From a virus: a stretch of 41,739 nt of DNA. Under the pieces are notes generated by a model. That model saw only the letters and a list, made by a program, of their open reading frames with translations, searched no databases and was not told the DNA's origin. A program made the translations under genes and the position numbers. Shown piece by piece: positions 8,064-15,274 of this stretch. The DNA lies in the IMG/VR virus record IMGVR_UViG_3300036846_000629, positions 1-41,739 of that record; one strand, 5' to 3'. The number at the start of each line of letters is the position of its first letter. Position 1 is the stretch's first letter.

Positions 8064-9254
8064 TTATTGATCTTGCGTGTGCTGGAAGTGATAGGCGCCC
8101 ATTGCGGGGAGTGCTCCGATGCCTGCAATGCCGTATTTCTTGAGAATGTCGATCAGTTTGTCGTCGAAGACGACGTAGTTGCGGGTCGGGTTCTGGGCAT
8201 AGGCGTGCTGCTTGGCGGCCTTGTCATGCCAATCCCGGAGCTGGGCGAGGCGTTGATCCCTGTCGGGACCGGCGGGTTGTTTCTCCACCATGGTGAGGGC
8301 TGACTTGGCCTCGTCCAGTTCAGCCTTGGCCTTGACGGGATCGACACGCGAACCCTGGTCGAAATACTTGATGCCTGGTATGCCGGCTTCGCGGAGATTC
8401 TTGGCAACTGTTTCGTGGTTAAATGCGATGAAGCCCTGCCTTACAGCAGTGCTGGCGTCTGCATTCTTGAATTCATCCCACTTCTTTCCCATCGCCTGCT
8501 TTAGAGCCTCGACGGTCTTCGGGCTCTGCTCACTCAGCGGCTTGTCCCAGTCCAGGAAGTGCTCGGGGTCGGCCTTGATGGCGACTTGGTACATCTTGCC
8601 TGGCTTCATCTTTTCTTCCATGAGCCGGTCGTATTCCTCAGACTGCCGAGCGCCTAGTTCCTTGTCTTTGAAATTCCGGTAACCGTAGGAGTTGGCTTCC
8701 ATATCTTTCGCAAGCTGCGTCATGCGCGCGTTGTTTCGATTGATGAGAGCCATATCCTTGACGTTGTTCTTGTAATCCTTCGCCACCCCCTCATTCTCCG
8801 CAAAATACAACCCATGCCCGTAGGCCTGCGCCCCCTCACCGGTGCCGATCTTGGACATATCGAACCGCTCGAAATCATGCGGCGAGCCGTGATAGGCGGT
8901 GATGCCCTTGAGGCCCGCGCCGGCCAGTTCCTCAGCGGCCTCGGCGGCGGGCTTCAGCGCCGCTTTCGCCCCAGGCGGCCCCATCATGCCTATGGCGGCC
9001 GTGGCGAGGTCCTGCAGTGGCGTTTCCGATCGACCCATCATTGTCTTGCCCAGCAGCCCAAACGGCTCTGCAGCACTTTCTACCGCGCCCCTGACGGCCT
9101 CCTGCACGCCTGGACGGTTGCCGATGACATCGGGCCTCGCCATAACCATCGGTCGAGGCATGAAGTCCTTGAGCGGATCAGCATAGTCGGTCGGTGGCGG
9201 CGCCGTCCGGCGGCCTAGGAGACTTCCCAGCGCTGCGGCCCAGTCGATGTCCAC
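8064..9254 (-). CDS. 396-aa protein with a PARP-like (H-Y-x) ADP-ribosyltransferase signature, possibly a packaged or ejected effector.
   Basis: AYHGSPHDF ... YGHGLYFAENEGVAKDY ... RNYVVFDD, compared with PARP1 WHGSR ... FGKGIYFADMVSKSANY ... YNEYIVYD. It lies directly upstream of the portal gene. Confidence 0.5.
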   Translation of the reverse strand: MDIDWAAALGSLLGRRTAPPPTDYADPLKDFMPRPMVMARPDVIGNRPGVQEAVRGAVESAAEPFGLLGKTMMGRSETPLQDLATAAIGMMGPPGAKAALKPAAEAAEELAGAGLKGITAYHGSPHDFERFDMSKIGTGEGAQAYGHGLYFAENEGVAKDYKNNVKDMALINRNNARMTQLAKDMEANSYGYRNFKDKELGARQSEEYDRLMEEKMKPGKMYQVAIKADPEHFLDWDKPLSEQSPKTVEALKQAMGKKWDEFKNADASTAVRQGFIAFNHETVAKNLREAGIPGIKYFDQGSRVDPVKAKAELDEAKSALTMVEKQPAGPDRDQRLAQLRDWHDKAAKQHAYAQNPTRNYVVFDDKLIDILKKYGIAGIGALPAMGAYHFQHTQDQ

Positions 9255-9257
9255 ATT

Positions 9258-9452
9258 TCATCCCCTGGACAGTTCGGACCGCAGTCGATTGCGGAGCTTG
9301 TCTGCCTTGCGAATGGCATACACGATGTGAACCGAAAGTCTCGTCATCTCGGCTTGCAGGAATGCCAGCTCATCCTCGATGCGGCCGAGATGGCGCCATA
9401 TCTTCTTACGATTGCGGTTTGTCGATGCGTGCCGACGAGGTTGCCGCGTCAT
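9258..9452 (-). CDS. Hypothetical 64-aa protein.
   Basis: ORF track. 4-nt stop/start overlap with the upstream ORF. Same strand as the operon. Confidence 0.5.
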   Translation of the reverse strand: MTRQPRRHASTNRNRKKIWRHLGRIEDELAFLQAEMTRLSVHIVYAIRKADKLRNRLRSELSRG

Positions 9453-9664
9453 GGCCGCCGGGGCGCGCTATCTAGCAATTCCTGCTGCCGGCGTTGGCGC
9501 CATGTTTCCAGCACCGGGCGCAGCGCCTTGGCGTTGGTGTAGCCTTCCTGGCGCATGGCGTAGACTATGGCAAAGCCGTAAAGGTGAACAAGAGAGCGCA
9601 TTGGTCGGCTCATGCGATCCATGATCGTCATGATGCGCTCGGCGTCGGCCTTGGGATCGCTCAC
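9449..9664 (-). CDS. Hypothetical 71-aa protein.
   Basis: ORF track. 4-nt overlaps on both sides. Confidence 0.55.
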   Translation of the reverse strand: MSDPKADAERIMTIMDRMSRPMRSLVHLYGFAIVYAMRQEGYTNAKALRPVLETWRQRRQQELLDSAPRRP

Positions 9665-9882
9665 ACAACCACCTTCATTCCCTTGTGGTCATAGAGGTTG
9701 CAGCACCAGTAGGCACCGACCTCGCGCCTATCGAGCTTCGGGTTCGGGTTGTGGCATACGCCGCGGTCGAAGTACTCGCAGGTGCCGCAGCGGAATGCGA
9801 CGCCCTCGGCATTCTTGGCGAGGCCGATCGCGCTGGTGTCCTCTCGCGCGCCGGTGAGCATCACAGGCAGAACTCGTACCAA
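9661..9882 (-). CDS. Hypothetical 73-aa Cys-rich protein.
   Basis: FRCGTCEYFDRGVCHNP...WCCNLYDH cysteine pattern. Coupled to neighbouring ORFs. Confidence 0.55.
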   Translation of the reverse strand: MVRVLPVMLTGAREDTSAIGLAKNAEGVAFRCGTCEYFDRGVCHNPNPKLDRREVGAYWCCNLYDHKGMKVVV

Positions 9883-10163
9883 GGTGAATTGGCTCTTCTA
9901 TCCCTTTCCTTGGCCCTCCATTCATCGCGGTCTCTAATGCAATGCACGTCGATCGGGGCTGGATTGGCGCTGGTTCCAAGCAGTTCTCTCACTTCCTTTA
10001 GCGAAACATAGCCAAAGTTAGGTGCTCTCCATAACTCTCCGTCTGAGGCCGCGCGCACTTCGCCAACGGTTCTATAATCTCGCTCCAATCGGTTTTTCGC
10101 CCGCATTGACAGCTCCCACAGTTCACTGACCGGGAAGTCATCATCATATGTCTCGATTGTCAT
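9861..10163 (-). CDS. 100-aa protein resembling the RNA polymerase alpha-subunit C-terminal domain (helix-hairpin-helix).
   Basis: ELSMRAKNRLERDYRTVGEVRAASDGELWRAPNFGYVSLKEVRELL aligns with E. coli RpoA [48 protein letters not shown]. Confidence 0.6.
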   Translation of the reverse strand: MTIETYDDDFPVSELWELSMRAKNRLERDYRTVGEVRAASDGELWRAPNFGYVSLKEVRELLGTSANPAPIDVHCIRDRDEWRAKERDRRANSPWYEFCL

Positions 10164-10172
10164 CTTGTATCC

Positions 10173-10388
10173 TCAGGCATGGAACGTCGGAACGTGAATT
10201 CCGGCCATGCCGAGCAGTACAATGATGAACCATATGGCCACGACGGCGACGAGGACGACGAGCAGCACGCGCAGGATGGTGCGGAACGGCTCGGCGAGCG
10301 GGATGAGCGGCAGCAGCTGCTGGATCGCCCAGTAGACGACGCCGCAAACGATGACCAGCAGGATCAGGCCGATGATGGTGCCAATCAT
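10173..10388 (-). CDS. Small membrane protein, 71 aa, two predicted TM helices.
   Basis: MIGTIIGLILLVIVCGVVYWAI ... LLVVLVAVVAIWFIIVLLGMAG. Confidence 0.6.
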   Translation of the reverse strand: MIGTIIGLILLVIVCGVVYWAIQQLLPLIPLAEPFRTILRVLLVVLVAVVAIWFIIVLLGMAGIHVPTFHA

Positions 10389-10687
10389 GGCGGGCCCTCT
10401 AGGGCCATTTCAAATATTTCCCGTTCAGTGAGGTCAATTGCGGTCGTAATGATACGCTCTTCTTCGCGCCGAAGATGATGATATCCAACCATCCAGAATG
10501 CCCTGAGCGGTCCGGCAAAATCTACCGATGGGGGCCCCTGAGTCCAATTTCTACCGTTAGGACAGCACGCACGGCGCCCATATTTTCCGCGTCGCCCGTC
10601 TCGATTGAGACAATTTCCGGGACGATTGGCCCAACGGTTCTTTAGTCCAAAACGCCCATTGTCATCACGATCCATGGATGCCTCCAA
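10385..10687 (-). CDS. Hypothetical 100-aa basic protein.
   Basis: ORF track. ATGA overlap with the downstream ORF. It is the first gene after a divergent intergenic region. Confidence 0.45.
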   Translation of the reverse strand: MEASMDRDDNGRFGLKNRWANRPGNCLNRDGRRGKYGRRACCPNGRNWTQGPPSVDFAGPLRAFWMVGYHHLRREEERIITTAIDLTEREIFEMALEGPP

Positions 10688-10695
10688 TATTTTTT

Positions 10696-10726
10696 AACTG
10701 CGGTCAAAACTGCGGTAAACTGCGGT
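10696..10726 (+). repeat. Three direct AACTGCGGT iterons at 10696, 10708 and 10718, in the divergent intergenic region next to the HNH gene.
   Basis: Read directly: ttAACTGCGGTcaaAACTGCGGTaAACTGCGGTgatc. A TTGACA hexamer follows at about 10755. Confidence 0.75.
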
Positions 10727-10813
10727 GATCAGCTCGCCGATGGCCTCTGGCCTTGTTGACAGTCGCCGTTCGGGTGACAGTATGCGGGTCGTTCTCAACT
10801 GGAGCACGACATC

Positions 10814-11257
10814 ATGAAACCCAAATCAGGCGAATACGCATCGAAGCCCGCGACCAAGTCCGAATGGCTGCGCAAGCAGTACCAGCGTTCGCATCACTGG
10901 CGTAAGACCAGCCAGGAGCACAAACGCCGCGTCGGCTGGATGTGCGAATACCCCGGCTGCGGCCGGCGATGCGACGTCGTTCACCATCTGAACTATGACC
11001 ACATCGGCAACGAACTGCCCGAAGACCTAATGGCGCTGTGCAACTTCCACCACGACCAGATGCATCGAGGCTGGAACGTGCGCATCCCGGCGAACGACAA
11101 TCAGCCTAAGTTCGACTTTGAGAAGAAGGCCGTGGCCATAGCGAACGACACCTTCGACTTCGAGCACTTCGATTTCAACTGGGATGACCTGGAAGAAGCC
11201 GTGATGGCGGCGAACGACAACGATGTGATCATCTTTGAATGGCAAAAAACCGGCTGA
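10814..11257 (+). CDS. HNH endonuclease, 147 aa.
   Basis: CEYPGCGRRCDVVHHLNYDHIGNELPEDLMALCNFHHDQMH (HNH / Cys-box motif). Confidence 0.8.
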   Translation: MKPKSGEYASKPATKSEWLRKQYQRSHHWRKTSQEHKRRVGWMCEYPGCGRRCDVVHHLNYDHIGNELPEDLMALCNFHHDQMHRGWNVRIPANDNQPKFDFEKKAVAIANDTFDFEHFDFNWDDLEEAVMAANDNDVIIFEWQKTG

Positions 11258-11264
11258 ATGCTTA

Positions 11265-11298
11265 CCCGGCGCTTACCGGTTGCTCGGCAGGCGCCGGG
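11265..11298. terminator. GC-rich hairpin between convergent genes: CCCGGCGC, 18-nt loop, GCGCCGGG.
   Basis: 8-bp inverted repeat read directly. It sits between the HNH stop (11257) and the stop of the minus-strand 124-aa gene (11344). Confidence 0.5.
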
Positions 11299-11343
11299 AT
11301 CACGCTGCGACACAGGGACAACGTCTACATCGCCACATGATTA

Positions 11344-11718
11344 CTAATCATGAGCACCGCCGTTAATCATCGGCTCCTGCTTGCGCGCATGCAGCACCTG
11401 CATCGCCTCTTTCTGGTACTCCCAGCAGTCCTTGGTGATCTGCTCGACCGCGGCCTCAAACTTTTGTTGCCCGGCGCAGTAGATCATCAGGTTGGCGGCC
11501 GCCTGCACGCCATGGAAAAAGATGAACTTGGCGTCCTGGAGCTGCTTCGGCGTCAGGCGGTCGGCAAACGACACCTCGGCCAGCATGCGCCACGCCGCCT
11601 CCATGGTGGCAAACACATTCAAGTGCGCCGGGATGTCATCCTGCGTGACGGTATCGCGCTCGCTGCCGGCCTGCGAAGCCAGCAACTTATCGACGAGATT
11701 GTCTCGCGGTTTGGTCAT
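11344..11718 (-). CDS. Hypothetical 124-aa protein.
   Basis: ORF track. 4-nt overlap with the upstream ORF. Confidence 0.6.
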   Translation of the reverse strand: MTKPRDNLVDKLLASQAGSERDTVTQDDIPAHLNVFATMEAAWRMLAEVSFADRLTPKQLQDAKFIFFHGVQAAANLMIYCAGQQKFEAAVEQITKDCWEYQKEAMQVLHARKQEPMINGGAHD

Positions 11719-11918
11719 AGCATGGGTATTCCTATTTCGCCGCCGGAGGCCTCGATCTCTGCCGCTTTCTTGTAATAGGCACGCCCTTCACGCGTTCTCT
11801 TGCTGGGAAATCCTACCGCCCCTCCCGTTTTTATCTTCGGCGCGGCATCAAAAAGAGCCATGAGATCATCGGGCGCCTCGACTTGTCCCGCTGGGTAATC
11901 GATAAACAATTTGGTCAT
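11715..11918 (-). CDS. Hypothetical 67-aa protein.
   Basis: ORF track. 4-nt overlaps with TerL and the downstream ORF. Confidence 0.55.
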   Translation of the reverse strand: MTKLFIDYPAGQVEAPDDLMALFDAAPKIKTGGAVGFPSKRTREGRAYYKKAAEIEASGGEIGIPML

Positions 11919-13369
11919 AGTAATTTCACGCTGGATTCCACATCATCGCGGTCGTCCCCTGGCACGCGATAGGGGTCCTTTGCCGGGTCGGGCGGCGCTA
12001 TGAACCGGCGCCAGGGCCGGGAGCTGCAGGCATATCGCCAGTCGTCGGCCGCGTGGTCCTCGCTCTCCGTGTCGAGGTCCTCGGCTTTGTTGGGATCGTG
12101 CTGGAGGACTGGGATTGTTCGTATAGAAGCGACGCACGTGTCGAAGCAATAAACCATAGGCCGCATGCTCTGACCGCGGATGCGCGCACGCATAGCATCC
12201 CATCCCGACATCGGCCCTCTGCGATCATGGCTTCCGCTTGCTGCAACTCTTGTGTTATCCGCTGGACGGAACGAAGCAAGCCCTGCGGCGATAAGACGGC
12301 CGTTGAGCCGCTCCATAATTGAGGGTCCACCGTCCTCCTTAAAAGCAGAGGGGTCCATAACACCGTAAGAAAGTCTGGGGTCACCTCTTTCGCGTTTTGC
12401 AATACCATCGCCCACCTGCTCTGCCGTCAGCTTGAGCCCCTTGCCGCCAGCCGCAGGGTTTTCGACGCCGTACCACTCGCGGTAGCGGACTAGCGCCCCA
12501 CGAGGTAGTACGGCGCCCTGCACGACCGCCCAGTCATCCTGCACGACCGCCCACCATCCGATCGAGAACGGGGACGCTGAACCCCAGTCGCCCGATCGAA
12601 ACCGTGTCCAGTCGTCAGGGATATGGAATGGCTGGATGATATTCTTCGGCGACCACTCATTGAAAAACGCGCCTTCGATCGCATTCCAGTCGCCCTCGAG
12701 CCAGGCCCGCACCAGTTCGGCCGACCCGGACGCGCGCAAGCGTTGGATGTAGTCCGGGCCGAGGAAGGCGTTATCAGTCACCCGGCTCGGTATGTAGATG
12801 CGCTCCAGGCCCGTGTGTGGGTCGACGATGATGCGCCAACCATTGGGCGCCGGGTCGATGTATCGCCGCTTCACCCACAAATGCCCGGAACCGCCAGGAT
12901 TGCCCGTTGCTCGAAAGCCGACAGGGACGCCGGCGCCCGATCGCAGCGTCGCCATCAGCTTGAGAACCGGCCCCTCATTCGGGAAGGTGCCGATCTCCTC
13001 AAGATAAACGCGCGTGTAGCTGTGGCCCTGCCAGGCCTCGGCGTCGGCATCGCGCTCCAGATAGGCAAATCTCAATCTCGCGCCGTTGGGAAACCGCCAG
13101 ACCTTGTCTTGCTCATGAAATACGCACCCGAGCGGCTGATACATGGACCGCGAGCGCTCGATGGTTTCGACGAGCTGTGTGCGTTCCCGGCGGAACATGA
13201 CGCCGATGGCGTGTTCGCCGTAGTTGTCGGCGTGCCGGACGAACTCGCCGAGGACGCCGTCTGTCTTGCCGCCGCCGCGGGCGCCGCCATAGAACGCTTC
13301 AAAAACGGGGCAGGTGATCAGCGCGGTCTGCGGACCGGGCTGGGCCTGCCATATGGCACGGTCAAGCAT
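11915..13369 (-). CDS. terL: Terminase large subunit, 484 aa.
   Basis: Walker A FYGGARGGGKTDG. Size. C-terminal acidic nuclease-like region. Confidence 0.85.
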   Translation of the reverse strand: MLDRAIWQAQPGPQTALITCPVFEAFYGGARGGGKTDGVLGEFVRHADNYGEHAIGVMFRRERTQLVETIERSRSMYQPLGCVFHEQDKVWRFPNGARLRFAYLERDADAEAWQGHSYTRVYLEEIGTFPNEGPVLKLMATLRSGAGVPVGFRATGNPGGSGHLWVKRRYIDPAPNGWRIIVDPHTGLERIYIPSRVTDNAFLGPDYIQRLRASGSAELVRAWLEGDWNAIEGAFFNEWSPKNIIQPFHIPDDWTRFRSGDWGSASPFSIGWWAVVQDDWAVVQGAVLPRGALVRYREWYGVENPAAGGKGLKLTAEQVGDGIAKRERGDPRLSYGVMDPSAFKEDGGPSIMERLNGRLIAAGLASFRPADNTRVAASGSHDRRGPMSGWDAMRARIRGQSMRPMVYCFDTCVASIRTIPVLQHDPNKAEDLDTESEDHAADDWRYACSSRPWRRFIAPPDPAKDPYRVPGDDRDDVESSVKLL

Positions 13370-13370
13370 G

Positions 13371-13562
13371 TCATTCCTCGGGCGGCTCTGGTGGCGGCAG
13401 CTCCTCCAGTTCCTCGATCATGCTTCGCAGCTCGGCGAGCTGGGCCGGGCTGATCGGCGCGTTGTGCGTCTGCTGCCCCATCATTTGGGTGTAGAGCGCC
13501 CGCAAATGCGCGGTGATCTCGACAACGGTGTGGTGCTGCGTCGGCTGCGGATCGGATGGCAT
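13371..13562 (-). CDS. Hypothetical 63-aa protein directly upstream of terL.
   Basis: ORF track. Shares the motif HNAP(I/V)(S/T)P..L(A/S)EL with the 185-aa protein upstream. Confidence 0.55.
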   Translation of the reverse strand: MPSDPQPTQHHTVVEITAHLRALYTQMMGQQTHNAPISPAQLAELRSMIEELEELPPPEPPEE

Positions 13563-13595
13563 GAGTATCCCCTCTGATCTGGCTCTCGCCAGTGT

Positions 13596-14153
13596 CTATG
13601 CGCGATATTCTGCAGCGGGCTCCGGTTGCGGCGCCGGCTTGGGCGGCTCGGCCTTGGCCGGAATGTCGACGCGCCGCGGCGCCGCATCGCGATCGGCCGC
13701 AAGCGCAGCCTCGAAAGCGCGAACGCCAGGTGAGATGTCCGAACCCTGGATCGACTTGACGGCTTCTTCGAGCCTGTCATCCGCGGTCACCCAGTGCGGG
13801 CGCTGTTGCGCGTCGGCCGGCAGCGAACGCACATAGGCAAGCGCCTCCTCGGCGCTGTCGATGATCTCGACGCCGCCATCCTGCTTTTTGAATGTCACGG
13901 TGCTCGGATGGCCGCGCTCATCGAGGATTTGATGCAGGGGCGCCTGTGGCTGCTCACCGGTGACGCTGCCGACGATGGCTGCGAGTTCCGAGAGCATCAA
14001 CGGGGTGACTGGCGCGTTGTGCCGCTGTGCCTCCGTCATGCTCTTTAGGAGGTCTCTGGCGCGCGTTTGCGGATCGGGCTCTGCGGGCTGCGCCGGCGCC
14101 GTCTGTGCCCCTGCGGGCTGCGTATCGTCATAGGAATGGCTTTTCTTCGACAT
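13596..14153 (-). CDS. Hypothetical 185-aa protein. Start trimmed to the ATG at 14153.
   Basis: GGAGGAAA Shine-Dalgarno 6 nt before ATG 14153 (MSKKSHSYDD...). The longer track ORF extends upstream without an RBS. Confidence 0.6.
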   Translation of the reverse strand: MSKKSHSYDDTQPAGAQTAPAQPAEPDPQTRARDLLKSMTEAQRHNAPVTPLMLSELAAIVGSVTGEQPQAPLHQILDERGHPSTVTFKKQDGGVEIIDSAEEALAYVRSLPADAQQRPHWVTADDRLEEAVKSIQGSDISPGVRAFEAALAADRDAAPRRVDIPAKAEPPKPAPQPEPAAEYRA

Positions 14154-14237
14154 GTCCGTTTCCTCCGTTTTCACGTTGTCATGACTATGCGAATGTGCAT
14201 ACCTGAGGCGGATGCGTGCGACCATGGGAGTGGCGCC

Positions 14238-14390
14238 ATGAGCGATATGATGCGCCGACTGCGTGAGGAAAACGCCAGGCTGAAAGCCGAGAACGCAAGA
14301 CTGCAGGCGGCTCTGAACGAGATTTTCCACCGGATGGTCATCGCCGAGGCCGCACTCGATGTCACTCCTCTACAGGTTCCACGCTCATGA
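14238..14390 (+). CDS. Candidate 50-aa coiled-coil / leucine-zipper peptide, antisense-embedded in the late operon.
   Basis: GGGAG 7 nt before the ATG. MSDMMRRLREENARLKAENARLQAALNEIFHRMVIAEAAL... It lies in a 208-bp gap between minus-strand genes. Confidence 0.35.
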   Translation: MSDMMRRLREENARLKAENARLQAALNEIFHRMVIAEAALDVTPLQVPRS

Positions 14391-14550
14391 TCGTGGTCTC
14401 GCCGACGACATCTTTAAAATCCCACGCGATGCTTGTTAGCTCCTTCGCCGCCGCCTCGGCCTCTTCTTGGGTGGCCGCTTCGACATAGGCTTGCATCACG
14501 CTCGTTTGGTGAGACAGCACCCGCCAGCGAATGCGTTCTTTCTCGGCCAT
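14362..14550 (-). CDS. Hypothetical 62-aa acidic protein. Start trimmed to ATG 14550.
   Basis: GAGGAA RBS before MAEKERIRWRVL... The track start at 14562 is a TTG. Confidence 0.55.
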   Translation of the reverse strand: MAEKERIRWRVLSHQTSVMQAYVEAATQEEAEAAAKELTSIAWDFKDVVGETTIMSVEPVEE

Positions 14551-14563
14551 AGGTTTCCTCAAT

Positions 14564-14690
14564 TGAGCTTGTGGCGTGGATCAGACCGTGGCAACGTGGT
14601 GACGCATCGTACCGCTGCGCGGCTCACCGCATCACGCCGCAACACTTGGCTGCACGTCTCATCGCTCCACATCGCTTCGCAACGTCTTAA
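14564..14690 (+). repeat. Seventh (CGCNN)n unit: TGAGCTT head, 17 phased pentamers at 14603-14687, CGCAACGTCTTAA tail.
   Basis: Hand-parsed register: CGCAT CGTAC CGCTG CGCGG CTCAC CGCAT CACGC CGCAA ... CGCTT CGCAA CGTCT. It shares the 12-mer GCGGCTCACCGC with the units at 23271 and 24952. Confidence 0.8.
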
Positions 14691-15025
14691 TTCAGCTTTC
14701 CCTTGTCTGACTCGGGCGGTGGCAACGCAAGCGGTTGACCACGGTTTTGCAACCACTCGTCGCGTTGCATTGTCTGCGGCACAAGCGCAAACGCGTGTTT
14801 TATTTCGCCATCAACCTTTTGTTCCGGTTTGCCAAATCCGCGCTCGATGATGGCAATGCAGGCGGCGAGCGAGACGCGATCGTCATCCGAATTCATGTGC
14901 TTGACGATGCGCGCCAGAGCTTCCGGGCAATGCTCCCTGGCCGCCTGCTTGATGCTCCACAATTTGGCGGCGCCGATGGTTTTGGGCCGGCCTGGGCCGC
15001 CCTTCCAGCCCTTTTGAAAAGGCAT
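14687..15025 (-). CDS. Putative small terminase / DNA-binding protein, 112 aa.
   Basis: N-terminal FQKGWKGGPGRPK and IIERGFGKPEQ motifs recalled from TerS-like (DUF5681-type) phage proteins. Confidence 0.45.
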   Translation of the reverse strand: MPFQKGWKGGPGRPKTIGAAKLWSIKQAAREHCPEALARIVKHMNSDDDRVSLAACIAIIERGFGKPEQKVDGEIKHAFALVPQTMQRDEWLQNRGQPLALPPPESDKGKLN

Positions 15026-15058
15026 ATTTTTCTCACATTTTGGTCGGGTAGTAACTTA

Positions 15059-15265
15059 CTACCGTCTGATTTTGCTGGCTTGCTTATCCGAAATCATGCC
15101 GCGCTTGCGCAGATTGTTCACCCGCTTGTTTGCGGTCGCGATGGCGACTCCCTCGTCCCCTCCTCCGCGCACGATGGCGCTGGCGATCGACGCCGCCTTA
15201 CTTGCGGCTGGGCCGCTGAGCTTCTTGTTGTGTTTTGCGGCGAAGGTCTTTCCCGTCCAGGGCAT
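15059..15265 (-). CDS. Hypothetical 68-aa basic protein.
   Basis: ORF track. C-terminal GMISDKQASK resembles the N-terminal GRISDKQMKK of the upstream gene's product (ORF 15275..15688). Confidence 0.5.
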   Translation of the reverse strand: MPWTGKTFAAKHNKKLSGPAASKAASIASAIVRGGGDEGVAIATANKRVNNLRKRGMISDKQASKIRR

Positions 15266-15274
15266 GGTCGAGGC

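Noticed and set aside
12623-13453. The 276-aa plus-strand ORF.
   Set aside because: It is antisense to terL, which has a clear Walker A motif and operon coupling.
13596-14330. The upstream extensions of several track ORFs (13596..14330, 15275..15733, 16300..16824, 17668..17892, 19087..19599, 29322..30161, 38560..39150, 39053..39616).
   Set aside because: In each case an internal ATG has a Shine-Dalgarno at proper spacing or a 4-nt overlap with the preceding stop. The extension overlaps the upstream gene and has aberrant composition, so the starts were trimmed.
14171-14365. The 64-aa minus-strand ORF with a GTGA coupling.
   Set aside because: Its S/A/F-rich product looks like the reverse complement of the plus-strand coiled-coil ORF, which has a good RBS. 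It remains ambiguous, so neither call is made with high confidence.
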